Assembly: GCF_006345805.1 (NCBI RefSeq)
Contig: NC_042998.1
Location: 10,788,001 to 10,852,000, forward strand
DNA length: 64,000 nucleotides
Direction: 5' to 3'
Source of the DNA: Octopus sinensis
Taxonomy: Eukaryota
How positions within the stretch are numbered: position 1 is the stretch's first letter; each line of letters starts with the position of its first letter. Below are positions 10,617 to 23,150 of this stretch, one piece after another. The position numbers were made by a program, and so were the translations under genes. Below the pieces are notes generated by a model. The model made no database searches, had not been told where the DNA came from, and was given only the letters and a program-made list of their open reading frames with translations.

Positions 10617-11479
10617 TATAGATATATGAGCATGTATGTATGTCTGCGTATATGTACTTGCATGTATGTACGCATATGTTTATGTGCGTGCGTGACTGTA
10701 TAAGTAAATATTTTCGCATACTTTCTTATAATACGGCGTTTAGTTGAGGAGTCACTTTATTAATACCGACTGTCTATTCTGAGTCGCAACTCAGTAGAAG
10801 ATGTCTAGTATATTTATTTCAAACAAGTATTATCTAATTCATACTACTATTTCATGATATAGTTTATAGAGTTCATTAAATGATAAAACTACATGAAGTT
10901 TTTCAGAAAATTTTGTTTCATCTTTCTCTATTAGTTAACATACACAGGCTGAATGCGACAGACGAAGGCCCAGAAAGTTAACTTGTTCTCAGCTCAGCTC
11001 TGCTTGTAATCTACCACCATAAGACTATAAACGAACGCAGCAGAATAGGACGTTTTAAAGAAGTATGCCGAAACATTATAATAAAAAGAGCATTAATGGT
11101 GCTCTAATTTCGATGGGAAAATTTAAGACATTTAGTTTCATTGGGAACAAAAGAGTCAGAATAACCAAAACTAAAATAAAATAATACAAAAATTTCAAAA
11201 AAATTTCAAAAAATATACCCGAGCTGTTCCAAATGTACTAAAAAAGAGCGATAGCAGATACGCTAATTTTATGGTTACAATTTGGAATGAATATTTTATT
11301 AGAAGGCTATTATTTTCTCACCCCATACACCGACGTTTGTTTAAAGAATTTAGAGGTCAAACGATCAAAACCTTTAGCACACAGCATTACACACATTTGC
11401 TAAAGCAGAGTAATTAATGTTATCAGTGTTGCTGTAACTTGTATTAATCATGATTGGATTACACGAATTGTTCGTTGGA

Positions 11480-11565
11480 CGAAATACATGCACGTCAACA
11501 TACATACGCACATACATACATACATGCATACATATACACAAATAAAATACATATATGCAAAATCA

Positions 11566-11607
<42 letters not shown>

Positions 11608-11854
11608 AATATATATGTATATGTACATGTGTATATATGTATATGTACATATATTTATATATACATAATTAAATACATACACAGACATATATATAAACAT
11701 GTATTATATATACATATATATATATGTTTTGTGATATGTGTATATGTACACAACATATATATATATATAATATATATACATACATATATACATACATACA
11801 TACGTAAATACATACAGAGACACATATATACATGTATATATTTACATATATATA

Positions 11855-11890
<36 letters not shown>

Positions 11891-11950
11891 TATTTATGCA
11901 TGGATATGTAATTGTATATATACCTATATATTTATGTATATATATATTAA
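11480..11950. repeat. Complex (TA)/(CATA) microsatellite block
   Basis: Visible directly. Confidence 0.95.
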
Positions 11951-12149
11951 TGCAATATGCACACACGGCCACACACCTGATGACGTCCTAGTGCACAGCT
12001 ATTGCTGGATCATGATCATATAATGTTTATATAATAATATGTATAAGATGTGGGGTACTCAGCCGCTATCAGCTGTTGCTAATGTACAGAAAGTGTCCAT
12101 CTGATTTAGATTAAAGTCTGTTCATTTTATCTTCTTGTACATGGATATG

Positions 12150-12151
12150 CA

Positions 12152-12247
<96 letters not shown>
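12150..12247. repeat. (ATCT)n microsatellite at the 5' junction of the Tx1 LINE
   Basis: Visible directly. Confidence 0.98.
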
Positions 12248-15200
12248 GTTTACGCACCGCCCTTAACAGGTCGGGCGGATTTCTTTCAACGTCTAGAAGT
12301 TTTCTTGGGAACGTCTCGTCCTTTACTCTTAGTGGGGGATTGGAATGCTACCTTGGACACGCATGTAGACTACGTGGGTAGAGATAGGAATAGACGGGGA
12401 TGCAAATGCCTCAGAGACCTGCTCAGACGCTTTCAACTGTCTGACAGGTTTCGACTAGACCACCCGAATGCGCCAACGTGGACATGGAGCAACCGCATCG
12501 GGTCGTCGAGATCGTATCTAGATAGGATACTGTGTAGGACAGTAGATAGAGATAGCAGGATGTCCACAATTCCACATAGTCAGCTACACGGATCACAAAC
12601 TTGTGACATGTACGCTAGACTTAGGTAAGACACTTAGGCAGGGTCCCGGATACTGGAAACTAAACGCGTCTTTCCCATCGAGACAAGTTTTCAGAGACCG
12701 GATTAGCACACTAGTAAAGAGGGTTTGACGGGAGCCATCATCAACAACAAATGGTGGTTTGCCCTCAAGAGAGCAGTAAAAGCAGAAGCGATTAGGTACA
12801 GCAAAGCACTAGCCATAGATAGAAATAGAGTAGAGGGTGAGCTAGTTAAGAAGCTAGAAGAGGCAATTAGAAGCGGCATCGCATCCGACGTTTTGGCGGC
12901 GAGGTTGGCCCTCGACCAACACTTCAACGCCAAACACGAAGGATGTGCTGTCAGAGCTAGGATGCGTGCTCTAAGGAACGAAGGTGTTGGAGCCGCGAGA
13001 GAGGCCCGGGTGGCAGAGGCGCAACAGGGCAACAAAGCCACCATTCGGTCACTGGTAGATGAACAGGGGCGCGAATTGCTCGAGCCAAGTAAAATGTGTG
13101 AGGCCGTTCAGCAGCATTTTGCCCGACTGTTCGGAACGAGTGGAGGGCAAGAACGTAGGCTGGACTTCAGTGCCTACCTACATAGCCTACCACGACTCTC
13201 GACAAGAAAGGCAGGGTGCTGCGAAGGTGCCATCACGGCGGCGGAAGTGCGGGAAGCGATGGCAGAATGCTCGAGGGACAAATCACCGGGTTTGGATGGT
13301 CTACCCTACGAGCTTTACAATTGTATGCCAGACTTGTTTGGAGATCTCTTGGCGGCGGTGTACTGCAACTGGCAGCAAAACGGGAGCATTCCTGGTTTTG
13401 TGAGCCGAGGAGCCGTAACACTGCTGAAGAAAGATCTAACAAGGGAAATGTAATAGATAACTTTAGGCCCATCACTCTGCTTAATGCAGACTTGAAAATT
13501 TTGGCCAAGGTGCTAGCCAAGAGGTTGGCGCTTGTCATCGAGAAACTGGTCGACAAGGCGCAAACATGCGCCGTGCCAGGCCGGACCATCCATGACAACC
13601 TCCATCTGATGCGCTACATCATAGACAGGGTAGTTAACGAACCTGGCATGGGTGGGGCCCTGATCAACTTGGATCAATCAAAGCCTTGATAGGGTAGACC
13701 ATCGATACTTGGAGGCAGTCCTGAGAGCGGCTGGTTTCGGTCCCGTCTTCCGCGGCTGGATAGCTGCCTTGTACAGAGGCATCCGTTCGGTAATTCGCGT
13801 AAATGGACATCTATCGAGACCTTTCGACATTGCACGTTCGGTCCGTCAGGGATGCCCCCTCTCGGCGCTTCTATACGTATTGACTCTTGAGCCACTACTG
13901 CGGAAGCTGGCGACTCTAAGGGGCATCCCGCGAGAATTGGGATGCGGGACGAGCGTGTCTGCATACGCGGACGACGTCACCGTCATAGTGTCTAGCCACG
14001 AGCACATCGAGCTGGTCGGCGAGACACTGAAAACTACGAAGCGGTGACAGGAGCGAAAATCAACCGGGAAAAGTCAGTGGGCTTGCGACTAGGCACCTGG
14101 AGAAGCAAGCCCATGGCGTCCACCAGCGCCTCCGTCGTGGGACGCTGGACCGACGGCCCGGTTGAGTTGCTCGGGGTCTGGTTTGGTCCGGACCTCCAAG
14201 TGGAGAAGAACTGGAACGAGATAACGAGTAGGGTTCACTCTCGCCCGGCAATGGGCCGAGAGGAAACTGTCCCTAAAAGGTCGAGCGGAGGTGGCGAACA
14301 CGTACATCGCGTCCGTCATCTACTACCGCCTGACCGTCGTACCTTGTCCCGACCCTACCATCACCAACTACAACGCATCCTCTTTCGCTTCTTGTGGAAA
14401 GGATGCGTCCCGATGGTCAGGCGATCCATTTGCTGTCAACACCCGTTAAAAGGAGGGCTGGGCATGCCGTGGTTGATGATGCGCAGACACGCGCTGAGAC
14501 TGCGACATCTCTGGCTCTATGTAGACGACGGTGAACAGGTGTGGTCGCCGTTTGTGAGGCACGCTTCCCGCAGCTCGTCTCCATGACCGAACTGCAGTCG
14601 TGGATCAAAAAGAGGCCGAGGAAGGGCGAATGGCACCGCGAGTGTCGCGTTGCTCTCAAGCAACTCTGCCGTCCTGGGTCGACCTTAAGTGACTTCAACA
14701 CAACCAAAGCATTCTATAGGGGTTAGTGGAGGGGAGGTACGACGACGAGCTCGGGGCGAACCTGGACGTCGACGAGGAGTACCTGACCCGCCTGTTCGGG
14801 ACGACTTTCGGGCCAGGGCCCATGGACAACTTCCAGAGATCCCTGGCCTGGCAGTGCTACCGAGAAGCGCTACCCGTTCGGGATAAGCTCTACAGACACG
14901 GCTCGAGAAACACGGGGCCGACCTGCCCGAGATGCGGTCAGAGCGACGAACCGTTCTGCACGCACTCGTTCAGTGTCCAACAATTTCCGACCTGTGGGCT
15001 TATGTCGAACAACTGCTGTCACGTGTGGGACGAGTCGGTTTATCAGCTGAGTCTATCGTCAATATTGTCACGCCTCCTTCCTTCAAACGGGAAGGAAGAG
15101 CTATTTTCATCATCCTTGTGGCTATGGCGAAAGAATGTATCTGGTGGACGCGTCTGAAAGGATTGGAGACAAACACTTTCCTCTCTGGTCAATCTCTCAT

Positions 15201-15340
15201 CAACTTCTTCAAGTACCACTTGAAAAGGAAAGTGAGAGTAGAGAGGCAAGTTTTGTCTAGCGAATGTTTTAAAAAAGATGGGTGAATGTAGCAAGATGGC
15301 ACGTATGAATGACGAAGCCACCTTGAGCATAGTCCTATGA
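12248..15340 (+). pseudogene. Tx1 ORF2 (APE endonuclease, RT, zf-RVT), frameshifted
   Basis: VYAP, LVGDWNA, SYLDRI, DKSPGLDG, NFRPITLLNADLKILAK, SVRQGCPLSALLY, AYADDV and CPRCG..TVLHALVQCP. Confidence 0.95.
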
Positions 15341-15732
15341 ACCCAGAAATCGAAAACAGAGAGTTGCTTATTTGCAAAAAAAAAAAAAAAAAAAAAGATA
15401 TAAAATGTGACTTCATTGACCGAGGTTACCGTGGTCTTTTCCGCAGGCTTTTCTTTCCACGGGTAAACCTCACCTGTCCTCCCCTTTACACTTCATATTG
15501 ACATTTCTGTGATAACGATCCCTATTGATCATTTTTTTTTCCTCTCCCCCCCTTTTTTTTTTTTTTTTAACCCCCCTTATTTTTGTCCTCTTTCTCTCCT
15601 TTTACGATCCCTTTTGATCGAACCTCCCCCTTCCTTTTTTTTTTTTTTTTTTTTTTTATACCTTCAAAAAAAAAGCTCTACCTTGTAATTTGTTCTATCT
15701 GTGTGCAGCCCTGTGTGGCTAATAAAGAAACA
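12248..15732 (+). mobile_element. L1/Tx1-clade LINE, 5'-truncated within the endonuclease domain, with 3' UTR
   Basis: ORF2 domains in order, then a T-rich 3' UTR and AATAAA at 15721 followed directly by (TATC)n. Confidence 0.95.
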
Positions 15733-15775
<43 letters not shown>

Positions 15776-15809
15776 ATATCTATCTATCTATATATCTATC
15801 TATCTATCC

Positions 15810-15843
<34 letters not shown>

Positions 15844-15844
15844 A

Positions 15845-15891
<47 letters not shown>

Positions 15892-15925
15892 ATATCTATC
15901 TATCTATATATCTATCTATCTATCC

Positions 15926-15983
<58 letters not shown>

Positions 15984-15984
15984 A

Positions 15985-16023
<39 letters not shown>
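15733..16023. repeat. (TATC)n microsatellite
   Basis: About 290 bp, visible directly. Confidence 0.98.
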
Positions 16024-16138
16024 ACGCCACATTTTCTTTTGTTTTTTGATTTTTGTTTTTTTTCATCCCCCAAAAGAAAAGCTCTACCTTGTAACTTGTC
16101 CCATCTGTGTGCAGCCCTGTGTGGCCAATAAAGAAACT
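16024..16138 (+). mobile_element. Second, extremely 5'-truncated 3' end of the same Tx1 family
   Basis: AAAAGCTCTACCTTGTAA..GTGTGCAGCCCTGTGTGG..AATAAAGAAAC differs from the copy ending at 15731 by 4 substitutions in about 61 nt; followed by (TATC)n. Confidence 0.85.
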
Positions 16139-16163
16139 TATCTATCTATCTATGTGTATGTAT

Positions 16164-16383
16164 TACTCTTTTACTCTTTTACTTGTTTCAGTCATTTGAC
16201 TGCGGCCATGCTGGAGCACCGCCTTTAATCGAGCAACTCGACCCCGCGACTTATTCTTTTGTAAGCCCAGTACTTATTCTATCGGTCTCTTTTGCCGAAC
16301 CGCTAAGTAACGGGGACATAAACACACCAGCATCGGTTGTCAAGCAATGCTAGGGGACAAACACAGACACACAAACACACACA

Positions 16384-16433
<50 letters not shown>

Positions 16434-16598
16434 TATGACGGGCTTCTTTCAGTTTCCGTCTACCAAATCCACTCACAAGGCTTTGGTCGGCCCGAGGCTA
16501 TAGTACAAGACACTTGCCCAAGGTGCCACGCAGTGGGATTGAACCCGGAACCATGTGGTTGGTAGACAAGCTACTTACCACACAGCCACTCTTGCGCC
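16164..16598 (-). mobile_element. SINE family A
   Basis: Reverse complement of the 25-418 type sequence. Confidence 0.92.
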
Positions 16599-16634
16599 TG
16601 TATGTATATGTATATATATATGTATATATATGTG

Positions 16635-16724
<90 letters not shown>

Positions 16725-17045
16725 CGCAGACACACATATATGGAGATAAATATACACACATACATAGACATACACACATACGTATATGTATATATATGTG
16801 TCTGTCTGTGTGTGTATACACATTACTGCTTTGAACATATCAAAACAAATTGATGTGTATTTCGTATATACAATTGCACACAAAAACATTAAAACATTAA
16901 TTGGAAAATCACTGGATGCGTCGCATAAAATGTTTGACATTTACTTCGTTGGAGCTGCAGTTGGATGTGATTGCAATTTTCGAGAGTAAATCTATATAGT
17001 CACTCTACACAGTGTATTGGTTTGTCTTATTTTTTTGTGCACGAA

Positions 17046-17172
17046 AGAGGCAGCGACATGGAAGAATCGTTAGTAAGCCGAGCAAAATGCTTAGCGGCAT
17101 TTCGTCCATCTTTACTTGTGATCGACTATCCTCATCTCCCCAAATTCCAGGCCTTGTGCCTGTCTTAGAAGG
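17046..17172 (+). mobile_element. SINE family B, internally deleted
   Basis: Head AAATGCTTAGCGGCATTTCGTC joined to tail GGCCTTGTGCC. Confidence 0.6.
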
Positions 17173-17231
17173 GACTCATGAAAATCCTCTTATATGTATG
17201 CATGTATGTGTGTTTGTGTCTATGTATGTAT

Positions 17232-17254
17232 GACTATCTATCTATCTATCTATC

Positions 17255-17315
<61 letters not shown>

Positions 17316-17334
17316 ATCTATCTATATCTATCTA

Positions 17335-17400
<66 letters not shown>
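17232..17400. repeat. (TATC)n microsatellite
   Basis: Visible directly. Confidence 0.98.
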
Positions 17401-17401
<1 letters not shown>

Positions 17402-17479
17402 TTAATATGTGTATGTGTGCACGCGTGTGTGTCTATTCTTGGTTGTCACTCGTTTGAAAGATTTTTTTAATATAGTAAT

Positions 17480-18000
17480 AGAGCTTCATCAATGATATTT
17501 TGGTCTCCAGTGGCATTTTAGACCAGTCGTTTTGGTACAATCCCGACTGCAGATATTAGGGAATAGTGTTAGTAGTCCTGATGTAGTGCGACATCCTTTA
17601 ATAACATCTTGTATTAGAAAATTTCCACAGTTCAGCTCGCTGTACATCACAACCTTGTGAATTTTCGTGTCCTGTATATGGGCCTTTTGTCTCACCCAAC
17701 ACAACTGCGATCCTAGCGGAACAGTCTCCTGGTTTGAGATGTTGTTTCGTCAAGTAATGTTCATTATGATCCATCACTGGCGCAGTAGACATCTCATCAG
17801 CGTTTTATATACTAACGATACAATGTGTAAGTCTCAGTAAAATACAACAAGCAGAATAGAATTATTGCTCAATTTTTTTGCCACATTGTTTTCACAACTT
17901 TCATTGAGATTTTCGAGAGTGATCGCAGTTAACTGTATGCACTGATTCACCTCACCTCCACATCCAGCTAGTTGTCAGTAGAAATCATACTGCGAGGTAA
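17480..18000 (-). mobile_element. Decayed RTE LINE RT C-terminal fragment
   Basis: MRCLLR, QLCWVRQ and HIQDTKIHKVVMYSELNCG resemble the RTE pattern RCLRRI..QLRW.GHV.RM.D.R.PK..YSEL..G. Confidence 0.55.
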
Positions 18001-18020
18001 TGTTTATACTCGCTTGAAGA

Positions 18021-18180
18021 TGGATACTCTGTTAGAACAAACTAAATCGCGGTAGATACGACGAGAGAAACTCTCATATTGGCTAGCGATATAAACACGA
18101 GTGCATTTTGCATCAAAAGTCAATATGAGAGTTTCTCTCATGGTTTCTACCGCAGTATAGTTTTTCTAAATGATTATCCA
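18021..18180. repeat. Foldback with about 60-bp arms and a 39-nt loop (MITE-like)
   Basis: Perfect 19-bp core GAGAGAAACTCTCATATTG (18063-18081) versus CAATATGAGAGTTTCTCTC (18121-18139), extending imperfectly outwards. Confidence 0.85.
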
Positions 18181-18242
18181 CAATTAAGTGGGGATAAATA
18201 TTATCTTTTGTTATTAACACTGCATTTGTCGTTAAAATTTCT

Positions 18243-18659
18243 TTCTTTTCTTTTCTTTTTACGTGTTTCAGTCGTTTGACTGTGGCCATGCTGGAGCACC
18301 GCCATTTTAGTCGAGCAAATCGACCCCAGGACGTCTTCTTTGTAAGCCTAGTACTTATTCTATCGGTCTCTTTTTGCCGAACCGCTAAGTTACAGGGACG
18401 TAAACACACCAGCATCGGTTGTCAAGCGATGTTGGAGACACAAGCACAGACACACAAACATACACACACACATACATACACATATTTCCACATATACGAC
18501 GGGCTTCTTTCAGTATCCATCTACCAAATCCACTCACAAGGCTTTGGTCGGCCCGAGGCTATAGTTGAAGATACTTGCCCAAGGTACCCCGCAGTGGGAC
18601 TGAACCCGGAACCACGTGGTTTGTAAGCAAGCTAGTTACCACACAGCCATTCCTGCGCC
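18243..18659 (-). mobile_element. SINE family A
   Basis: Reverse complement of the family A sequence. Confidence 0.9.
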
Positions 18660-18849
18660 TATATATAACTTTTTTTTTAGAAATCTTACTGTCCAAATAT
18701 GGGATAGTTTGCAACGCATTTGTGGTTGATTCGCAAATCAAGATAGCTGGAGGTGCGTGCTCCAGTTCTCTATTTTTAAGTCCCTATAAAGCTTGAATCA
18801 CTTTTTACATTCATTGTCGAGCCGAAAGCTAGCACCTTACATTCAGACT

Positions 18850-19410
18850 CGGATATAATTTTCTATTTATTTACAAAGAAATGAGCCACAAGTGAATATG
18901 ACCAACCGACCAAAAGTGTTATTTGACATTTCTCCAGTTCAGACTGAATCAGACTATTTGTTGAACATTATTGCGTGAACTAACCTTTAAAGCAACCGAT
19001 CCCTCAATAAACGTCTCCAAATGCATGTCGGCTGACTGCTTTATTAAAAAAGATTCAAAGAAACAACTGCCGTTATCTAAAAGACAGAAATACTAATATC
19101 CCATACTAAATGGATGTAGTTAGTGGCAAGCTACTAGCCAGCTGAAATTCGAAAATAATTTGTTACAAAAGGAAATGCTGCATCTGAAAGACCGATGGCG
19201 AAACAAGTAGCTTGGACGAAATTTAGGCACTTTGCTGACCCTCACAAAAGGAAACGCTTCTCCGATACAACAAGACGAGTATATAATTCTCTAGAAAGGT
19301 AGTAGCGCACCAAGGAAGAATAAAGACCGCTCACATCTTTACAAAGAGAAATGCAACATCAAGAGCGTTGGCGAGAACACTTTAGTGCGCTATTAAAGTA
19401 GGTTTCGACA
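18850..19410 (+). mobile_element. Heavily decayed RTE-like EN-RT linker fragment
   Basis: QERWREHFSALL at about 19360-19400 matches the RTE RW.EHF..LLN motif; the rest is degenerate. Confidence 0.4.
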
Positions 19411-19479
19411 ATTTTTCGAGAAGCTCTTATCCTTTAAAGAAATGAATCCCATAGCGGTTTGAATATGAAGGATCTGGTG

Positions 19480-19612
19480 GCCGACTGGTACTCATTTTCG
19501 GTTGAGTCGACTGAAGTCACGTGAGATGAAGTTTGTTGCTCGAGAAAATAATGTGCTCTTCATTCACAAGTCAAACTTTATGACCGTGAGTCCAACCAGC
19601 TAACCAGTTAGT
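19480..19612 (-). mobile_element. CORE-like tRNA SINE remnant (family E)
   Basis: CTCGAGCAACAAACTTCATCTCACG..CAGTCGACTCAACCGAAAATGAGTACCAG resembles the invertebrate CORE-SINE pattern as I recall it. Confidence 0.55.
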
Positions 19613-19728
19613 GACACGTATCTGTATACATACATACATACATATATATATATATACATACATACATACATATATACATACATACATACATACATACATA
19701 ATACATACATACATACATATATACATAC

Positions 19729-19822
<94 letters not shown>

Positions 19823-20128
19823 GTGGAGGCGCAATGGCCCAGTGGTCAGGGCAGTGGACTCGCGGTCGGAGGATCGCGGTTTCGATTCCCAGATCAGGCG
19901 TTGTGAGTGTTTATTGAGAGAAAAAAACCAATAGCTCCACGGGACTCCGGCAGTGGGTGGTCGCGATCCCTGCTGTACTCTTTCGCCACAACTTTCTCTC
20001 ACTCTTTCTTCTGTTGGCCTGCTCGCTTAGCCAGCGGGGTGGCGTCATTTTGAAGGCTAAAACAATGTGAAGCGCATTGTGGCCAGCGATGTGTAACAAC
20101 ATCTGATAGCCTGGTCGGTCACGGTGAT
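19823..20128 (+). mobile_element. tRNA-headed SINE family C, tail type 1
   Basis: GGAGGCGCAATGGCCCAGTGG A-box and GGTTTCGATTCCC B-box; homologous to the copy at 28004-28305. Confidence 0.9.
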
Positions 20129-20130
20129 AT

Positions 20131-20161
<31 letters not shown>

Positions 20162-20426
20162 GTATATGTGTGTGTGTGTGTGTAATTATTACACGTATGT
20201 GTATGTGCACGCGCGTGTGTGAAATATAAAAGCTTTACACCACCAGATGTTACTGAAAACGAAAGCAGATAATTCTTTGCGGACTGTGTTATGAAAAGAA
20301 CTGAGAATATTTACATTCTTGTAAAAGATTCTAACAGTTTTACTTATTAAAACTAGTTATGCAAATCAAAATGAAAAACGGAACTGATTTAATTCATTTT
20401 CCCATTATAAAAGATTAATTCGATTC

Positions 20427-20640
20427 AAGGCGAGCTGGCAGAATCATTATCGCACCGGACAAAATGCCTAGCGCAGTTCTTTCGGCATTCTACGTTCTGA
20501 TTTCCAATACCACCGATGTCTACTGTGACTTTCATTCTTTCGAGGTTGATAATATAAGTACTAGTTGAGCACGGAGGTTGATGTAATCAACTATTCTCCA
20601 GTTCCCTCAAAATTACTTGCTTTGTGCCAAAATTAGAGTA
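20427..20640 (+). mobile_element. Diverged SINE family B
   Basis: GGCGAGCTGGCAGAATC head and CTTTCATTCTTTCGAGGTTGATAA core. Confidence 0.7.
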
Positions 20641-20699
20641 TAATTATTAAGTTTTTACATGCTACTTTTGTTAGCAGAGATGTTATCCTGAGATTTGGT

Positions 20700-21780
20700 G
20701 ACAAGTCGACACAAATCTTAAGCTTATTGTAGAATACTGGATGGCATTTTTTTGCTGGTTGGCTATGCGTGATTCAGTTCCAATATCCTGTAGCAGTTAC
20801 AGTTTTTTGCCAAGTGCATCGATTACCGCAGGATCAATTACCACCTTTGTTTGCAACAACCCCTTCATCTCTCTGGCTACGTCCTCATATTCCTCAATTT
20901 GTTTGGTATTCACTCTATTATTATTTGGTATAGCAAAATCTTACACTGGTTTCTCTTTTGTTATATGTGATTATATCTGGAGTCTTTTCTTCAATGGTAT
21001 GGTCAATCTTGATGGCGATGACAAAATCCCTTGAATCACTAATTATAATTCGCTTTCACAGCCTCTGGCTCGTGTTCATACCATATTACTTTTCTGTCAT
21101 TTTGAGTCCATATTCTTGGCTAACATCCCAATACACTCTTTTACTGATATTCATACCCACTCTTGTATTGTTTTTGTACTAGCTGAGTGCATTTGCTTAA
21201 GAAATCGTTAATACTTTCATCTTTTTTTCCACACATTCTGTGTTTATTGTTTGACTGAGTTTTGTTTTAATCAACTTCATTTAATGGTTTCTTTCTGAAC
21301 GGTTAAAAATAGCGATTCCGTTTCTCGTTTTATATTTCTATCTGTCAGTCTCAACCAGAGTTCCAATATTCTCACTTTGTTACGTGAATTGACCATATAG
21401 TTCATTTTCTTTTCAGCTATTTGTCAACTGACTAGCCGCTAGATTGCTAGGTAATAAACTGAAGATGCAGTAGCTCGTATATTATTGCCATCACTACACA
21501 ATATCCATGACACAAGTCTTAGCACAATAAATCAAACAATAAAACGGGCAAAGGCCACTTGCTGTGAATTTGTAGAGTGTTTCCTTTAACTTACGGTGAT
21601 GAATTTCACTTTTCCATACTTCCATCGAAAAGATGCCAATGCTGAAGTCCATATGATCGATCCACTTTCTAGAATTAGCATTCAAATCTTTTATTTTCTT
21701 ATCTTTAGAATCTGAAAAAATTAGTTGTAGACACAGTATTACTGACTCTAAGACCGAGTCACCAAGATAAAAGGCATTTG
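20700..21780 (-). mobile_element. R4/Dong-like LINE C-terminal fragment (CCHC motif plus restriction-like endonuclease)
   Basis: ELYGQF, IKRETESL, HRMCGKKDESI, WYEHEPEAV, IDHTIEEKTPDII, DFAIP, YEDVARE and VIDALG remnants in colinear order. Confidence 0.75.
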
Positions 21781-21849
21781 ATTGTAGTCGATAGTGCCAT
21801 CATACATAAAGTAAAAGATTTAAAAAGTAATGGCTTTCTTAGTTCAGTA

Positions 21850-22040
21850 CAAAGCCAGCAAATTTTAGGAAAGGGCGTTAGACGATGCCATCGATCCAAG
21901 AGCTTAGACTTGTATTTTATTTTCTCGACTTCTCTAGAATGAAAGGCAAAGTTGGGATTTGAACTCAGAATGTACAGAGCCTGAACAAATATACATCAAA
22001 AGCATTTCCCGACGCTGTAATATTTCCTCAAACTCACAGC
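21850..22040 (-). mobile_element. Diverged SINE family B
   Basis: GAATGAAAGGCAAAGTT..TTTGAACTCAGAATGT is the reverse complement of the B core. Confidence 0.6.
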
Positions 22041-23021
22041 CATAATCTGATTAAGCAATAATAGTTATGGGAAGAGGAATAAAAGAAACGTATTATTACT
22101 GTAATTTGATCTTGGCATATAGAAACCCAATTAAAATTTTTGTCTATTAAACCTCTTAGCAAAGCGCAGCATTCTTTGCACTTACCAGATTATTGATAGT
22201 CTTAACAATAATTCTGTTGGACTGGATTGTTGGAATGAAGACTCAATCCGTCTCCCAATTTGATATTAAAACCTGTTTCTTGCATGTCTTTGGCTATTTG
22301 GACAGTATAATCTTATATCGGCTTGACTGATTTTCAGTCTTGCATTCGGCTACAACTGATGATCCACGATACGGTGAAATTACATGATTCAGCTGTGCAA
22401 TCAGCTGGTGTTCTGGCGAATTTCGTCACCCGATATAGAATTTCGATGCTTTTTAACATCTTTGTCAATATGAAATAATTTTTCTGGACGTTTACATCAG
22501 TTTAAGGCGTTATAAATAACACATCCAACATAATTTGGATGTGCTATTCAATATTCGCCATAAAAGCTGCTCTGCCGCTAATAGCTAGTATATATGTATG
22601 TATACAAAAGGAATAGGGCTTCAAAAAAAAAAATCAAAGCACACATCTGTAACCAATATAAATTGAATATACATGTGAAATAGCAAATACTTTAGATTGA
22701 AACCGAGGTGCAGTGCCGACTTGCCATTAGCTTATTTTCATCTAACTCTGCAACTTTGGCTTATATCCAAAGACGTACTATTGATTATGTCTGCATTAAA
22801 TATTTCGTTATTCCTTATCAAATATATGAACAAAGCAAAAATAATCAGATCCTAGTTTAGTTTAAAACTAAATTTGTACTTAACTTCAAAGAATTACAAA
22901 GTTTACAGTTCCGGCGCGAATGTTTAATGAGTTGAGTTAATATATATTACATATTTGGGATTAACAATAATATTTGCCGATGATACTTGCTTAAAGTATA
23001 CGCTTAGGTGAACGCCCATCC

Positions 23022-23102
23022 CGATTCCTTCCTTCCTTCCTTCCTTCCTTCCTTCCATCCATCCATCCATCCATCCATCTATCTATCATCTATCTATCTA
23101 TC

Positions 23103-23143
<41 letters not shown>

Positions 23144-23150
23144 ACTAACT
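23022..23150. repeat. Compound tetranucleotide microsatellite TTCC>ATCC>ATCT>AACT
   Basis: Visible directly. Confidence 0.95.

Noticed and set aside
11488-11991. Long ORFs with YIYI, LSIY, THTH or VCVC runs (also 15583-16228, 16498-16940, 44721-45268, 53921-54394 and others)
   Set aside because: They are translations of (TA)n, (TATC)n and (CA)n microsatellites that happen to lack stop codons.
12248-15340. Intact, active LINE ORF2
   Set aside because: It is 5'-truncated and split over several frames. Some indels could be assembly errors, but activity cannot be claimed.
19823-19900. tRNA gene (also the heads of SINE A, B and D)
   Set aside because: A and B boxes are present, but acceptor and anticodon stems do not close and the heads run into SINE bodies.
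22170-22330. Minus-strand exon ending at a GTAAGT donor
   Set aside because: The frame reaching the donor has an upstream stop and no convincing acceptor, and I see no homology.
22350-22400. CUGAUGA...GAAA hammerhead-like string
   Set aside because: Stem II has only about 2 bp and no stem I can be formed.
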